From positions 2,728,001 through 2,792,000 of the forward strand of contig OZ287070.1 in assembly GCA_965645245.1 (NCBI GenBank): 64,000 nt of DNA, in the 5' to 3' direction. The notes under the pieces were generated by a model. It did no database searches. It had not been told where the DNA came from and was given only the letters and a program-made list of their open reading frames with translations. The position numbers were made by a program, and so were the translations under genes. Source of the DNA: Massalongia carnosa. Taxonomy: Eukaryota. Positions 1 to 12,100 of this stretch are shown here, piece by piece (positions within the stretch are counted from its first letter, which is position 1; the number at the start of each line of letters is the position of its first letter).

Positions 1-2737
1 AAGTAGTTTTCCATCAGTGACTGATACATGCTTTTATATCCCGGGTGTCCTTGCAGAGGAGGTTCGTGATGTTTCTGCAACAGGCATAATTGAAGGGGTT
101 CATGATCTGGGACATACAGCCTATCTTTGACATATAGTCTTTCATCTTTCACTTTGAGATCTCCCATGGTTAATTTGATCCCTTTCTTTATAAGATGCGA
201 TGGAAGCTTGCGAAGTTCTCGTGTTTTGGCAGCGATTATGTCTTGAACTACTTCATCTTTTTCATAAGCTTCTTCAATTAGTTCTTCTAGAGGTTTCGCT
301 GATGGATCTTCTTCCGAATCGTCGCCTAGTTCTTTCACCGGATTTTCATTTAAAATCTGACCCTGAGCCTCTTCATCGTCCTCGATGGCCTGAGGTTCCT
401 CAGCTTCTTCGTCAGTGTCATTTGTTCTTGTGTTTGCACAGAAGATCACTGATAAAGCCTTCTTTACGTCATCGTCTAGTTGATGCTCCTGTAGCAATGT
501 CTGGAATTGATGTTGTTGTCGAGAGTCGTCAAACCCTTTTGGAAGATCTTGAGAACGTCGAGTAAGTGTGTCCGGCTTTTCGCCTTGTCTGCCCGGTCGA
601 TACATGATTTTGAAATTGAACTCCGAAAGGAATTCAGCCCATCAAGCCTGTCTGCGGTTCAGTTGCTTTGTCGTCATAAAGTGTTCCAGGTTTTTATGAT
701 CAGTATAAACTTTGATTGGCTGGTCAGGCGCAGCACTTGCTGCCTCGGGCCGCCAGACCTCGAAGCTCTTTATGATAGCGAGGAGTTCCTTATCATATAT
801 CATGTAATTACATTCGGCCGGTGTCATCTTCTTGGAGAAATATGCTACCGGTTTGAGCACTCCGTCATGCATCTGAGATAAGACTCCGGCAGTGACGAAA
901 TCCGAAGAGTCTGTTTCTATCCATGTCTCTAGAGAAGGATCATAGTGCGCTAACACTGGTGCAGTAGTGAAGGCCTCTTTCAAATCTTCGACAGCTTTTT
1001 TACAATCTTCGGTCCAGATGAACACGTTATATCGGGTCTCTTCTTGCCCGACTTGGTCGTTATTTGTTCTCCTTTTGTTAATTCCGTCAGAGACCTTGTA
1101 CGCTGAGAGAACTTTGATATGAATCGTCGATAGAAGTTTGCAAAGCCTAGAAAAGCTTGCACGTCCTTCACGGACTCCGGAGTTTCCCATTTCAAAATCG
1201 CTTCAATCTTCTCGGAATCCATTTTTATTCCTTCAGTGGTGACTATAAGTCCGAGGTACTTTACCTTAGTCACCGAGAATTCACATTTGTCAATGTCAAC
1301 TTGGAGTCCTCGTTCCCCCAAGCGTTTAAGAACCTTCAAGACGTGATCTGAATGTTCTTCCTCATTATCACTGTAGATCAAGACGTCATCCAGATAAGCA
1401 GTACAAAAGACGTCTAAATATTCCCGAACCGAATTATTTATATAACTCTGAAAAGTCCCTGGAGCATTGCATAAACCGAAAGGCATGACCAGATATTCGA
1501 ACTGGCCATATCTTGTGTTAAAAGCGGTAAGCCATTCATGTCCTTCTTTTACTCGAAGACGATTGAATGCCGTAATAACGTCTAGTTTCGTGAAGCGTTT
1601 TGCCTGCGAGAGTTTTCCGAGCGTCTCGTTAATTAGGGGAATAGGATATCGATTCTTTACTGTGATGGCATTCAAGGCTCGATAGTCCACACAAAATCTC
1701 AGTCCACCACCTGCTTTTCGAACTAGAAGGACTGGAGCAGCTGCTGTCGACGAACTGGGACGAATGAATCCCTTTCCCATATGTTCGTCAATATACTTCT
1801 TGACAGCTTCCAACTCCTGTTCTGACATAGGCTTATAGTTCCTGACATAAGGGGGTTCTTTTCCGTCCATGAGGTTAATCTCGTGATCCTCCTTACGATG
1901 TTCCGGTAGTTCGTCTGCTTTATGCTTCATAAAGACTTCTATCATGCTATGATACTCTGAGGGAATTTTCTTCAACAATTCTTCGCGGGAGTACTCGGGT
2001 TTGCCTTTCATAAACTTGTCGTAATCCTTTGAGGTGACGGCCCCAGTGGTTGTGGCACAGAAGGTCTTATGTTCTCGGGGAGTCCATAAGTATCCCTCGT
2101 GATCTTTATTCCTAACCATCCGAAAGAAATGTTTCGCATTGACCGGAAGGACTTCGATATCGTCTTTTGTTCCGATCCTATTCTTTGCCCTACTTCCAAC
2201 AGCAAATTCGGTGCAGGTTATTCCACGCGAAAGGCATCCCATTTCCAAGCAATCGGCAGAGTTAAACTTCATAATTCGCTCTTTCCAGTCAATGCTGGGG
2301 TTGTGAGTTTGTAGCCATCCATCTCCTAGAATAACCGCGTACACGTCCAGTTTTGCTACATAGCAAAGGACTTGTTCTTGATGATCCCCGATTTTGACGT
2401 CGACTAGGGCGGTCCTCGTGAGAAGTTGGGCAACCTCTCCGTTTCCAAGGGTCAGTTTAACCCCCGTTTCTAATTTGGAGGTGTTCAGTTTATTTACACG
2501 CGCGAAGGATTCATCAATGAGCTCAGCCTCACTTCCATTATCAACAAGTAAACGAGTTTTAATTCCAGCTATGCTAGTTTTAAATACTAGATGCTTGCCC
2601 TCGATCTTCTTTTCAGTATCGAGAACAGCACAACTAGAGACCCTTACTGTCTTCATTTCAGCGCTACCAATTTCACAAATGACATCTTTCTTAAGACGTC
2701 CTTGATCGCGATTTTGATCAAGGACTAAGCTTTTCCC
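1..2737 (-). pseudogene. pol: Gypsy A pol (protease, RT, RNase H, start of integrase), disrupted
   Basis: LVDNGSE protease, LRFCVDYRALN and [26 protein letters not shown] RNase H; frameshift near 1035; TGA at 642-644 inside RRQA*WAEFL; integrase zinc-finger region HHEPPLQGHPG near 40-75. Confidence 0.93.
2698..2737 (-). promoter_or_regulatory. -1 ribosomal frameshift signal (gag to pol) of Gypsy A
   Basis: G GGA AAA (2737-2731), 5-nt spacer, perfect 10-bp hairpin GTCCTTGATC/GATCAAGGAC; the -1 frame is open into the pol ATG at 2656. Confidence 0.85.
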
Positions 2738-2919
2738 GACTCGGAGTCAGAGTCTATCTCAACAATTCTTGTAGTGTTAAGCTTCTTTTCTTTAAATTGA
2801 GGGCAGATCGAGTCGTTTCCTCGATGACCTGACCCCCGACATGCCCAACAGCGTCGCTGACGCGACAATGTCTCTCGCTCTTCCTTCTCCAACTTTTTGG
2901 GGTTGGGGTCAGGATCGTA

Positions 2920-4267
2920 CGAGGTTAGCGCGAAAAGTATTGACGGATTTTCGCTTATTTTGCATTTTTCCCCTCCTCTTCTCCACATCATCATCATGAA
3001 TCACCCCTCCCATCAGCCCAATTCCGAATGGGAAACTCCCACACGTCAGCGAGTACTAGATCTATATCATGACAGTCATATGCCAGCTGCTCAAATATTT
3101 AGAGCAACTGGTGTACCCACACCAACTGTGCGAAGATGGAGCAAATCTGGAGAGCCTCGGCACGATGCACATCCTCGCTCGGGACGACCTGTCAAACTCA
3201 ACCCCAGAGACGTGCGACATCTTGTGCGTGCAGTGACGAGTTCTAAAGATGGTAGACAAGCATCCTACATGAAGATAGCCAAAGATCTTGGAATTCAAGC
3301 TTCAATGTCGACTATTCGAAAGGCGCTTCGAAAAGCAGGCTTTCGTCGCTGTGTGGCCTGTCCCAAGCCCCTGGTTTCCTGGATCAATCGTCGCAAACGT
3401 CTCAAATGGGCACGAGAGCATCTGTCTTGGCAAGAAGAAGACTGGTTGCGTATTATTTTTACCGATGAGAGCACGTTTGAAACGGGACAGAGAGCTCGTC
3501 AGTTCGTTACCCGAAGGTCAGGGGAAAAGTACTGTCCTGATTGTCTGAATAGCTTTAAGCACTCGGGTCGACAGTCAGTCATGGTTTGGGGAGGCATATT
3601 TGGACAGCAGGCCAGCGAATTGGTGGAGTTTAAGAAGACTTTGAAGAAGATGAAGAGGGGGAAAAACAAAGACCTATTGAAGGACTCGATAACCACCACT
3701 GATTACATCAATCAGATCTTGGAACCATGCCTTTTTCCTTGGTACGAAGCTCTCAAAGCACAAGGCTACCGTCCCATCTTCATGCAAGACAATGCGAGCA
3801 TTCACGATTCCAAAGAGGCTCGTTTGTGGCTACGACAACATCAGATAGAGGTCATGACCTGGCCCCCTTCGAGTCCTGATCTCAATCCCATCAAGTACAT
3901 GTGAAGGGGCTGCAAGCAGAAGATCAAATGATATCCTCGTTTAGTCACGAATGCAAAAGACATATTCATAGCAGGAACGAACGAATGGAACGGGTTGGTG
4001 GTGGAAATAAGCATCTGAAATGGATCAACACGATGCGAGATCGTTGTCGGGCTGTGATTAAAAATCATGGTTTTTCCACCAAATATTGAGTGTAAAACAT
4101 GCTTCAAATTTTCAGATCAGCTACTTCATACATACGTCTGACTTCGACATCAATTGTAGAAATTATCGTGTTGAATTGAAGGTTTAGTATTTTTGATTGT
4201 GGAGGTGATTGAAAGATCGATTTTGATTTTCTCGCTTAATCCGTCAATACTTTTCACCCGAACCTAG
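2920..4267 (+). mobile_element. Tc1/mariner DNA transposon inserted in Gypsy A gag
   Basis: TA at 2918-2919 and 4268-4269; 30-bp TIRs CGAGGTTAGCGCGAAAAGTATTGACGGATT vs CTAGGTTCGGGTGAAAAGTATTGACGGATT (4 mismatches). Confidence 0.95.
2996..4089 (+). pseudogene. Tc1-like transposase, inactivated
   Basis: IFTDES, FMQDNAS, WPPSSPDLNPIK (catalytic E appears as K), stop at 3902-3904; remnant tail to GFSTKY. Confidence 0.9.
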
Positions 4268-5888
4268 TACCAAACCCCTATCCAACCAGCGGGTTTGACT
4301 ATCGTGGCGCTGAACTTGGAGTTTGGATGATCACCCGACTTCTTCTCTTTTGCACTCGATTGACGAGAATCGGAAATGGAGGTTTGTCCACTCGAGGACT
4401 TGCCTTCGCGACCAGAGTTCTTTGACGGACCAGACTTCTCTGGCCAAGGAAAATAGTGAGCGACATCCTTGCGTCGATCTTCGATTCTCCTAGCTTCGTC
4501 GAGCAAGGGACGAAAGTCGGTGAAAACTGAACCCATCAGTGAATTAGAGATGCTTGGCTTCAATGTTACAAGAAACTTCTCTATCCTCTCGTCGATGGGG
4601 GTTTTGGCCTTTTGCCAAAGCTTAAAAATTCGATGATAGTACTCGCTTACAATTTCACCACTTTTCATTGTGATGGTGATGAGTTCTTTCTTGGCATCTC
4701 GACTCTGGAGATGTATGCCCATATAATGTTCGATCTCGTCGAACAGAGCGTCAATGGTGAGAGAGTCGCCCATGTCGACGACCTAGGAGTGCATAGCCCC
4801 AAAGATAGGCGCTTCCATTTGCGATAGAGCATAACTGACCTTTTCGCCCTCGTTGGCGTAAAGCGGAGAATCGGTCTTAAGCTTGTTTCGGAGTGAGTAT
4901 TGCCAAGGACTATATTCCTCAGCGTCTTCGCCTTTCAGAGGCTTGCTGGGGTGAATGCCACGTGGACACCAGTTCTGGGGATTTATAGTGGTGCTCTGGG
5001 TTGTAGCAGTGTCCTCCCGTTGGCCACGAGAGGAGTCGGGAGCTGCTAGCCGTCGCTCAAGATTCTCCTTCTCTTTCTGTAAGTCCTGTTGGGCCCGGAG
5101 GGCTTCTTCCAACTCAATTTCTTTATGCGAAAACTCTTCCTGAGCAAGAAGGATTTGGCGTTCGTCTTCATCCTTTTCGTCAGCGAAACGGTCATTAATC
5201 TGCTTATATTGTTCTAAATGCTTCTTGGTCTTGATAAGCTTCTCATGAAGCACGAAGCTTTTTTCGTACAGTGTTTTGTCATAGGGAATTGCTCTGGACA
5301 AAAACTCATACCAACGAGGACCTTCGTTCTCGTCTAGGACGGCATTTCGGAAGTCTTCTAGGTTGCGAATTTTGTATCGTGCGGGATGTTTCCGAGTTTC
5401 TCGTTCGTAGTATGGATGTTCCGAGATGTCAATCTCGCGAGCCCCTTCCTTCTCATTTCCTGACCCAGCCTTCGGGTCTTTTCTAGTGTGCATTCTGTCT
5501 CGTCTCCCATCTGCTCACCGGGTGTAAGCTCGGAGTCTTCGAACGTCCCTGGCATACTATCAGAGCGAGCCGAATGACGGGACATGGAACGGGCGCGAGT
5601 GTTAAAAGCAGGGCCTGCTTGAGCGTCTTCGCGAGGAGCGCCGGCATTTCGAGCAGTCAGGGGAGTTTTCGAACTCATGACTGTGTTCTGGAGGTGAAAG
5701 ACATGACTGTGTTCTGGAGGTGAAAGAGCTCTGTCTTTCGATTCTGGAAGTTCTAAAGGTTCTGGAGTGAGGACCAGCTCGAATTCTCACGAGTGGTCGT
5801 TCTGGAAAGCTAAAGGAGCAGGTCGTTGTCCCTTTCTAAATGTGCTGAAAGTTCTAGAAGACTGGAAGAGTACTAATAAGCATTAAAG

Positions 5889-5899
5889 GTAGTTAAATT
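5889..5899 (-). promoter_or_regulatory. Self-priming (Tf1-type) primer-binding site of Gypsy A
   Basis: Minus-strand AATTTAACTAC 1 nt after the LTR is the exact 11-nt complement of GTAGTTAAATT inside the LTR (5955-5945); no TGG tRNA PBS. Confidence 0.8.
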
Positions 5900-5900
5900 A

Positions 5901-6107
5901 TGTCAAGCAGCTTGCCCTGATATTATTCAGTAGCTATGAACTAGAATTTAACTACAAGGAAGGAAAGAAAAGAATAATCATCGCTGAACTCCTAAACATA
6001 ATCTACCGTGGGTGCGCTAGCCAGTCAAGCGACGCGCGCTACTGCTTAGGCGAGTCACGCTGTCCCGTGACCACCAGAGCATGTCGGGTCAGGCCAGGAC
6101 CCTGACA
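5901..6107 (-). repeat. 5' LTR of Gypsy A (207 bp)
   Basis: TGTCA...TGACA inverted termini; part of it recurs at 61893-61937. Confidence 0.88.
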
Positions 6108-7296
6108 AACTGCTAGACGTGAATATTCATCTGAGACCATTGCGGTGATAATTGCTCTTCATCGAGCGAATAAATCGCATGGTCAAATAGCTAAAGAATT
6201 AAACGTTCCTAAGTCCTCCGTCACCACCATCATTCATCGAGAGACTAGGAATTCCCACCACCCATTGCTCTACTAAACGAGCTGGTCGACCTTTGAAACT
6301 GAATATTCTTGCTAGAAGAGCTTTAATTCGTCATGTGGAGCTTCATCCTCATGACAGTTTGGCTGCGTTGGCTACTCCTTCCAAATCTGGAAATTCTCTC
6401 TCTCGAGGCACCGTACGAAGATATCTGAAGAGTTCGGGATATCTGCGATTCAAGGCCAGAAAAAAGCCGTTTCTTTCATTCAAACACAAGCAAGCCAGAC
6501 TGAAATGGGCCAAAGATCATGTCAAATTGGAAGTTGGAAGAGTGGCTGCGTGTTATATGGACGGACGAAGCCTCTTTTGAAACTGGTTTAGATACTCGAT
6601 CCTGCTATGTGACTCGACCAAAAGGCACAGCAATGGAGTCCCGTTATTTGAAGCCTACTTTCAAAAGCGGACGCACCACGATAGGGATATGGGGGGCTAT
6701 AACTTTGGGGTTGAAAGGACCAGTCCACTTTTTACAGAAGGAAGGGCGCATGAACTCCGATATTTACGTCAATCAGGTTCTAAAAGAGCTAGGATTACCA
6801 TTTTATGAAAGATGCATCAAAGAAAGAGGTTATATGATATGGATGGACGATGGGGTGGGATATCATACCTCAAAAACTACCACCAAATATCGCCATGAAG
6901 TGGGGTTGATACGCATGAATTGGCCAGCCCAATCACCCGATCTCAACCCCATAGAGAACCTTTGGCGCATCATAAAACATCGAGTCAGTGCAAGACGACA
7001 TCAAATTCATTCAGTTGATGAGATGAAAGTGACATAGAGAAGGAATGGGGCCTGCTTACTGAGGAGGATTTCAGGAGGTGTATAGAGAGCATGGAAAAAC
7101 GTTGTCGATTGGTTATAGCAGCAAAAGGAGGCTCCATCAAATATCAGCCTATTGAAAGTATGAAATAGGGTAGCATATAATCTACCATTTGCGTGTTTTA
7201 CCATCAAATCTCAGCATCATCTAGATAAAATTATTTGAAAGAGGGGCAAATGATGGGGTAAAAATCGACCGGACGGTAACTTCCGGTACCCGATTG
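6108..7296 (+). mobile_element. Tc1/mariner element B (frameshifted transposase), 5' end interrupted by Gypsy A
   Basis: HTH IAKELNVPKSSVTTII, IWTDEAS, WMDDG, WPAQSPDLNPIENLW; TIR-like end GGACGGTAACTTCCGGTACCCGATTG followed by TA at 7297-7298. Confidence 0.88.
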
Positions 7297-7298
7297 TA

Positions 7299-7525
7299 CA
7301 CATGCCAGCTTGTCGAGGCAAGCACTATATTGTTATGGCCAGAGATGACTTTTCCGGATGGGTCGAGGGTAGAGCACTAGGAAAAGCTACCGCTCAGAAT
7401 GTCGCGAGATTCTTGTGGGAAGATGTTATATGTAGACATGGGTGCTTCGGAAAACTGATTGTTGATGGTGGACCAGAAAATGTTATCGAATTAGCAAACC
7501 GATATGGTATCAAAAGAGTAGTTGT
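7299..7525 (+). pseudogene. Gypsy integrase core fragment (same family as the 27691-29016 integrase)
   Basis: ARDDFSGWVEGRAL...FLWEDVICRHGCFGKLIVDGGPEN closely matches the integrase of Gypsy F. Confidence 0.9.
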
Positions 7526-7722
7526 TGTTAGAATGTACAAATCAGGCTACTTTATTTCAGCCGCACTCACCTTCTACCGCACGAGTATGACGCACGCTAA
7601 TGGCTAGACGTATCTCTAGTCTAATACTAGGATACCGTACATTGTCTATAAATCTAGCTATTCCCACTATATAGAACAAAAGCAAGCGTTCTATCTTCTA
7701 TCTACTATACTACCTTTTGATA
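7526..7722 (+). repeat. 5' LTR of Copia C
   Basis: Direct repeat of 19981-20173 with about 4 substitutions and a 4-bp indel; TGTTAG...TTTTGATA. Confidence 0.93.
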
Positions 7723-7734
7723 GGTTATGAGCCC
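7723..7734 (+). promoter_or_regulatory. Half-tRNAi-Met type PBS (Ty5/copia hemivirus type)
   Basis: GGTTATGAGCCC directly after the LTR. Confidence 0.8.
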
Positions 7735-7982
7735 GGCCGCAGGGCGCCTCTTTACATGTGTTTGCTTGTCTTACTTTACCTACCCTAACACAAGCCTCCT
7801 TACCGTCGCAAACAATTACCGTCACGAATAATCTCCTACAAAAAATCCGACAAAAATCGACACACATGAAATAGTCGGCATTGTTTGAGATAGCTAAGCA
7901 CTACTATCGGGCGCCCGGCTTCTTCTTTGCCCCTTACTAAACGAACGTTAACAATGATTTTAACCTCCTTGCACTTCGTTTC

Positions 7983-8315
7983 GACGTCTCGGATGATCTA
8001 CATTCCCAACAAAAAACCGGGAATGTGACATCCACTTCACTTTGATGTCTCGGATGATCTACGTTCCCAGTAAAAAACCGGGAACGTGACATCCACTTCA
8101 CTTTGATGTCTCGGATGATCTACATTCCCCAACAAAAAATCGGGAATGTGACATCCAGGAGTCTCGGATGATCTACATTTCTAATAAAAATCCGGAAATG
8201 TGACATTCACTTCGATGTCTCGGATGATCTACATTTCCAATAAAAAACCGGGAATGTGACATCTAGATGTCTCGGATGATCTACGTTCCCACCAAAAAAC
8301 CGGGAATGTGACATC
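7983..8315 (+). repeat. Six-unit tandem array (52-61 bp period) of nested hairpins in the Copia C leader
   Basis: Consensus GATGTCTCGGATGATCTACATTCCCAACAAAAAACCGGGAATGTGACATC; GTCTCGG starts at 7986, 8047, 8108, 8161, 8217, 8269. Confidence 0.95.
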
Positions 8316-8796
8316 CATTGGGATGAAACGAAATCTCGCTGCCATCGATTTTGCCCTCTATTCATAGTCAGCATCTGCGTATCAGTTATAAGACTGCAGG
8401 ATTATGGCTTCGAGCAACAAAAAACGCTCTCGATTTATCAATCCCAAAGGCACAACTAAACGCCTCAAATCTATCTTTGCACCTGCATCTGCTTCTGCAT
8501 TTAGATCTATTATATCAATCACTGCCCCATTCCTACGTGGCACTCTTGCCGAGATCCAATGACTATCAGAGCCTCAACCAAATAATAGGCCGGCAACAAG
8601 GCTTGAACGAGATTCTCAACATACATTACAGGCGGCTAGTGCGGCAATCGTTGCTTTTCTCTTAGAGGATAACTCAGATCAATCGAAATTGGATTGCTTT
8701 GTACCATCATCCCTGAGCCTCCAGTCACTCCCGGTCAGTCCAAATCATAATCGGACCTAGAACCGCCCAGCGACTGTGATCCTTTCGGTCTAAGAG

Positions 8797-9027
8797 TGTC
8801 AACCTTTCACATGAATTCAGGAAGGATGAAAAAGGCTTTATTCTGTATGTGGGAAATGCCCACATCTAGCTACCTATATAGAAGGGAAAAGGGGTCATGG
8901 CAGCAACGATATTAACCCCGGCAAATTGAGGGGTAAAGGTGTGGAAGAAATGGCGTAGCTTAGCGGCATCTGCCGCGACAGGGGGTCGAGGATCGGCGAT
9001 GAGAATCGACCACATTCAGGTTTGACA
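8797..9027 (-). repeat. 3' LTR of Copia E
   Basis: Identical by eye to 14392-14622; TGTCAA...TTGACA. Confidence 0.97.
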
Positions 9028-9193
9028 CACCCCCCCAGGATGCGAAGCATCCTGACCAAAAGAAGAAAACATGAAGCAATTCCCATTCGAGAAAAAGGTG
9101 CAATTCTTGCAAAATCAAAATGAGATGCCAGTGAAAAGAAATTTCTGCCCGCCGAGAGGAATTCCGCCCGGTTCACTCCCGCCTGCCCCATTC

Positions 9194-12100
9194 CTAAATC
9201 AGATACTTGATATCAATAAGGCCTAGCATTTCCAGAAAGGAACGATGCTTTTGCGGAGGCAAGGGCTTGGTGAGACCATCTGCCGTCATCCGGTTGGTCT
9301 GTAGATAACCCACATTGAGATGACCAAATTGAACGCTCTGTCTCAACCACAACTGAGCGATGTCCACATGCAGAAGTTTGGTCGTAACTTTGGGCTGTTC
9401 CGATGTCAAAATGCGGATGGTCTGCATGTTATCATTGTAGATTTTGACCGAATGGTCGTTGTCGAATCCCAGCTTGCCAAAGAAATTGATCCACCAGATG
9501 CATGCCTTGCCGGCATGGAGAAGGGCAAGCAATTCTGCCTCTGTCGTCGACGTTGAAACGGTCGCCTGCTTCCTGGCAGCCCAGTCGATCATGCCGCCAT
9601 ACAGCTTGAATGTGAAACCCTCGTAGCTGCGTCGCTCGGGACTATTTGCAAAGCTGGCATCGGCAGTGTTTTCGAAGACATGCTTTGCCGAGAGCTGATC
9701 ATCATCCGGTGACTGCACGGTAAGCTCGCCACCTCCCGAGGGGGAGTATTTTATCGCCAGATACTTAGTCGTGTGTAGATATTGCAGGCAGTGATTTGCC
9801 GCGTCTATATGCTCCGGACCGGGACAAGTGAGATGCTCTGCCAATTTGGAGGCAGCTTTGGCAACGTCAGGCCGAGTGATATTCGCGGGATAGCAGATCG
9901 ATCCTACCTTTTTACGATACTCCTGCCTCAGGGATTGGTCGACTGACCGAGGCGAGTCCGAGTCTGGGCTAGCTGCCGAGGCAGAGGTGAATGCGATGAA
10001 GTCTGACGGTAGCGGGGATGATGGAGATTTAGACGTGTCTATCTCGTATTCAATTGCCAACTTGTCCATGTAGGAGTCTTGACAAAGATAAATGTCGCCA
10101 GCATTTCGAACAATCCGTACACCGAGAAAGAAGCTCAATTGGCCCATGTCGCGTAATTCAAATCGAGCATTCAACTTCTGAATCAGCAGATCTACGTCTG
10201 CAGCTCTACTTTCCGGAAAGATGATGACTATGTCATCCACATAGAAAAAGAGGATGATGCCAGAGTAGTCGGTAAAAAGGCAGGGCTCGCCAGGGATCTG
10301 CTGCATGTCCAATGAGGTGAGTGCTTTGGAAAATTCTCGTAGCCATAGTAGAGGCGATTTTCGAAGCCCGTACAAAGCCCGGACCAGGAGCAAGCATTTC
10401 CCCTCGATGACGAAACCATCTGGCATATACACGTGGATGACCCTATCGGCTTTGGCATTTAGGAAGGCATTGATCGCGTCAAACTGCCTTGTCCTTAGTC
10501 CGAAAGCAGACGTCAGGGCCATGAGGCACCTGAAGATCTTAATTGCCAGCGTAGAGGCGTATACATCTTCTGCCGAGACTTCTTCCAAATCCCCTCGGAC
10601 TACCAGGCGTGCCTTGTATTTTACTAGAAAGCCATCCGGGTCGAACTTGTATGTAAATACCCACATTAGTGGAAGCGGCTTCTGATTGGAAGTTTTGGGA
10701 ATGACGACGAAGGTGTCCATTCTGAGAAGAGTCTGATATTCAAATTCGGCTGCTTTGCGAAATCCTTCTGCATGGGGATGTCGAAGCATACCTCGCCACT
10801 GCTTCGGCGGCGGCGGCAGGCTGTCCCTATGCAATCTGGTCGACCTAGTGGTCACTGCAAATGCCAAATAAACTTCCTTCATCCCGTCATCCAATCCCGA
10901 GTTTGTATTCCCTAGTGGTTCCGAAGCGATGCCGAGTGGTCTGATGCCGAGAGGTGCTGCGAGATTTGCGAATTTCTGCTTCGGTTTTCTGACTCGTTTT
11001 CCTTCGACGATATTGCTGACATCCAATTTGGCAGATCCGATATTCCTACTGGGACCGGTGCCAAAAGATTCGGCAATGCCGAGAGGCGTCCGGCCGGTTT
11101 CTGGCAGATCAGTCGGTAGATCTATGCTACTCGGAAGACTGTCTTTTACCACCCGTTTGTCGCGAGATGTTGAAGAAGATGTAGGTGCAGGTGCTGAAGT
11201 CGATGGAGGCGGAGTGCTCTCGGGAGTCGGAAGATGCTGCTGACTCGGTGAATGTCTCGGCATGATAGGGACGTCTTTCGCAGTCAACGACGCGGGCACA
11301 TCCAGTGCGGACGAATTTTCAACCGACGAAGAAGGATCAGCAAATGACCGATTGCGCACAGATGTCGCCAGCCATTGCTCCTCATTTTCTGCCAAATCAA
11401 CAATGTAGGGAGCAGCATCGAAAACTTCCAGCTCTACAAACTCGGCCACCTTCTCTTCGGGAATCAGATCCTTTTTGACGTATGTGGAGAAGGTTTGATC
11501 CTCATCAAAGATAACATCTCTATATCCGCTGACCGACCAGGTCTCGGGATTCCAGACTCGATAAATGTTTGTAGAATCGTATCCGACCAGATAGCCAACA
11601 AATGCTCGAGGGGCTAGTTTCTCACTTTTTGGCGGGGCATCTTTACCTTTCAAAAGGGGATATGCCTTGCACCCAAAGACCTTGAGATGACCAATTTCGG
11701 AATTGTATGGCTTCTTCAGGGCTCGGTGCAGGGAGATGTGAGGCGATTTCCAATCTAGTCCTTTTGTCGGCGTCCTATTTAGCAAGTGTCCAGCAGCGAG
11801 ATAGCACTCGGGATACAGATCTTCTGGCAAATCGGCGCCGATGCGAATGCATCTAGCCTTCTGAGTCAAAAGGCTTCCTGCCCTCTCAGCCGACCCATTC
11901 TGCTCCTTAGTATGCTTTGCGGACCATTCAAACGCGATTCCCTGTTCCTTGACGAAGTCCTGAATGACGTCTCCAACCGACGTTTCCTGATCCATTCGAA
12001 AGGTCTGAACGAAAAGACCGAATTCGGCTCCGAGTCGATCGCACCGATTTATGACATGCTTGACAATCCTAAGTAGTGTCTCCTGCTTATGATCTTGCAG

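Larger units (their letters stand above)
2725..5678 (-). pseudogene. gag: Gypsy A gag, broken by a frameshift, a stop and a Tc1 insertion
   Basis: ORF pieces 5358-5678, 4783-5493, 4264-4773, 2725-2919; C-terminal knuckle CWACRGSGHRGNDSIC; removing the Tc1 restores GVWY-DPDPNPK in frame. Confidence 0.88.
1..6107 (-). mobile_element. Ty3/Gypsy LTR retrotransposon A (Tf1/chromovirus-like), degenerate; 3' part runs off the left edge
   Basis: 5' LTR 5901-6107 with TGTCA...TGACA ends; gag, -1 frameshift, then PR-RT-RH-IN order on the minus strand. Confidence 0.95.

Noticed and set aside
5676..5727. 26-bp tandem duplication over the gag start
   Set aside because: Simple two-copy slippage duplication; no evidence of function
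7983..8315. CRISPR array or hammerhead ribozyme array
   Set aside because: No unique spacers or cas genes, and the context is eukaryotic; CGGATGA and GTGA deviate from the hammerhead CUGANGA and GAAA core and there is no room for stem I
8324..8796. Separate gene in the Copia C leader
   Set aside because: Frames contain several stops and no recognisable motif; cannot be supported
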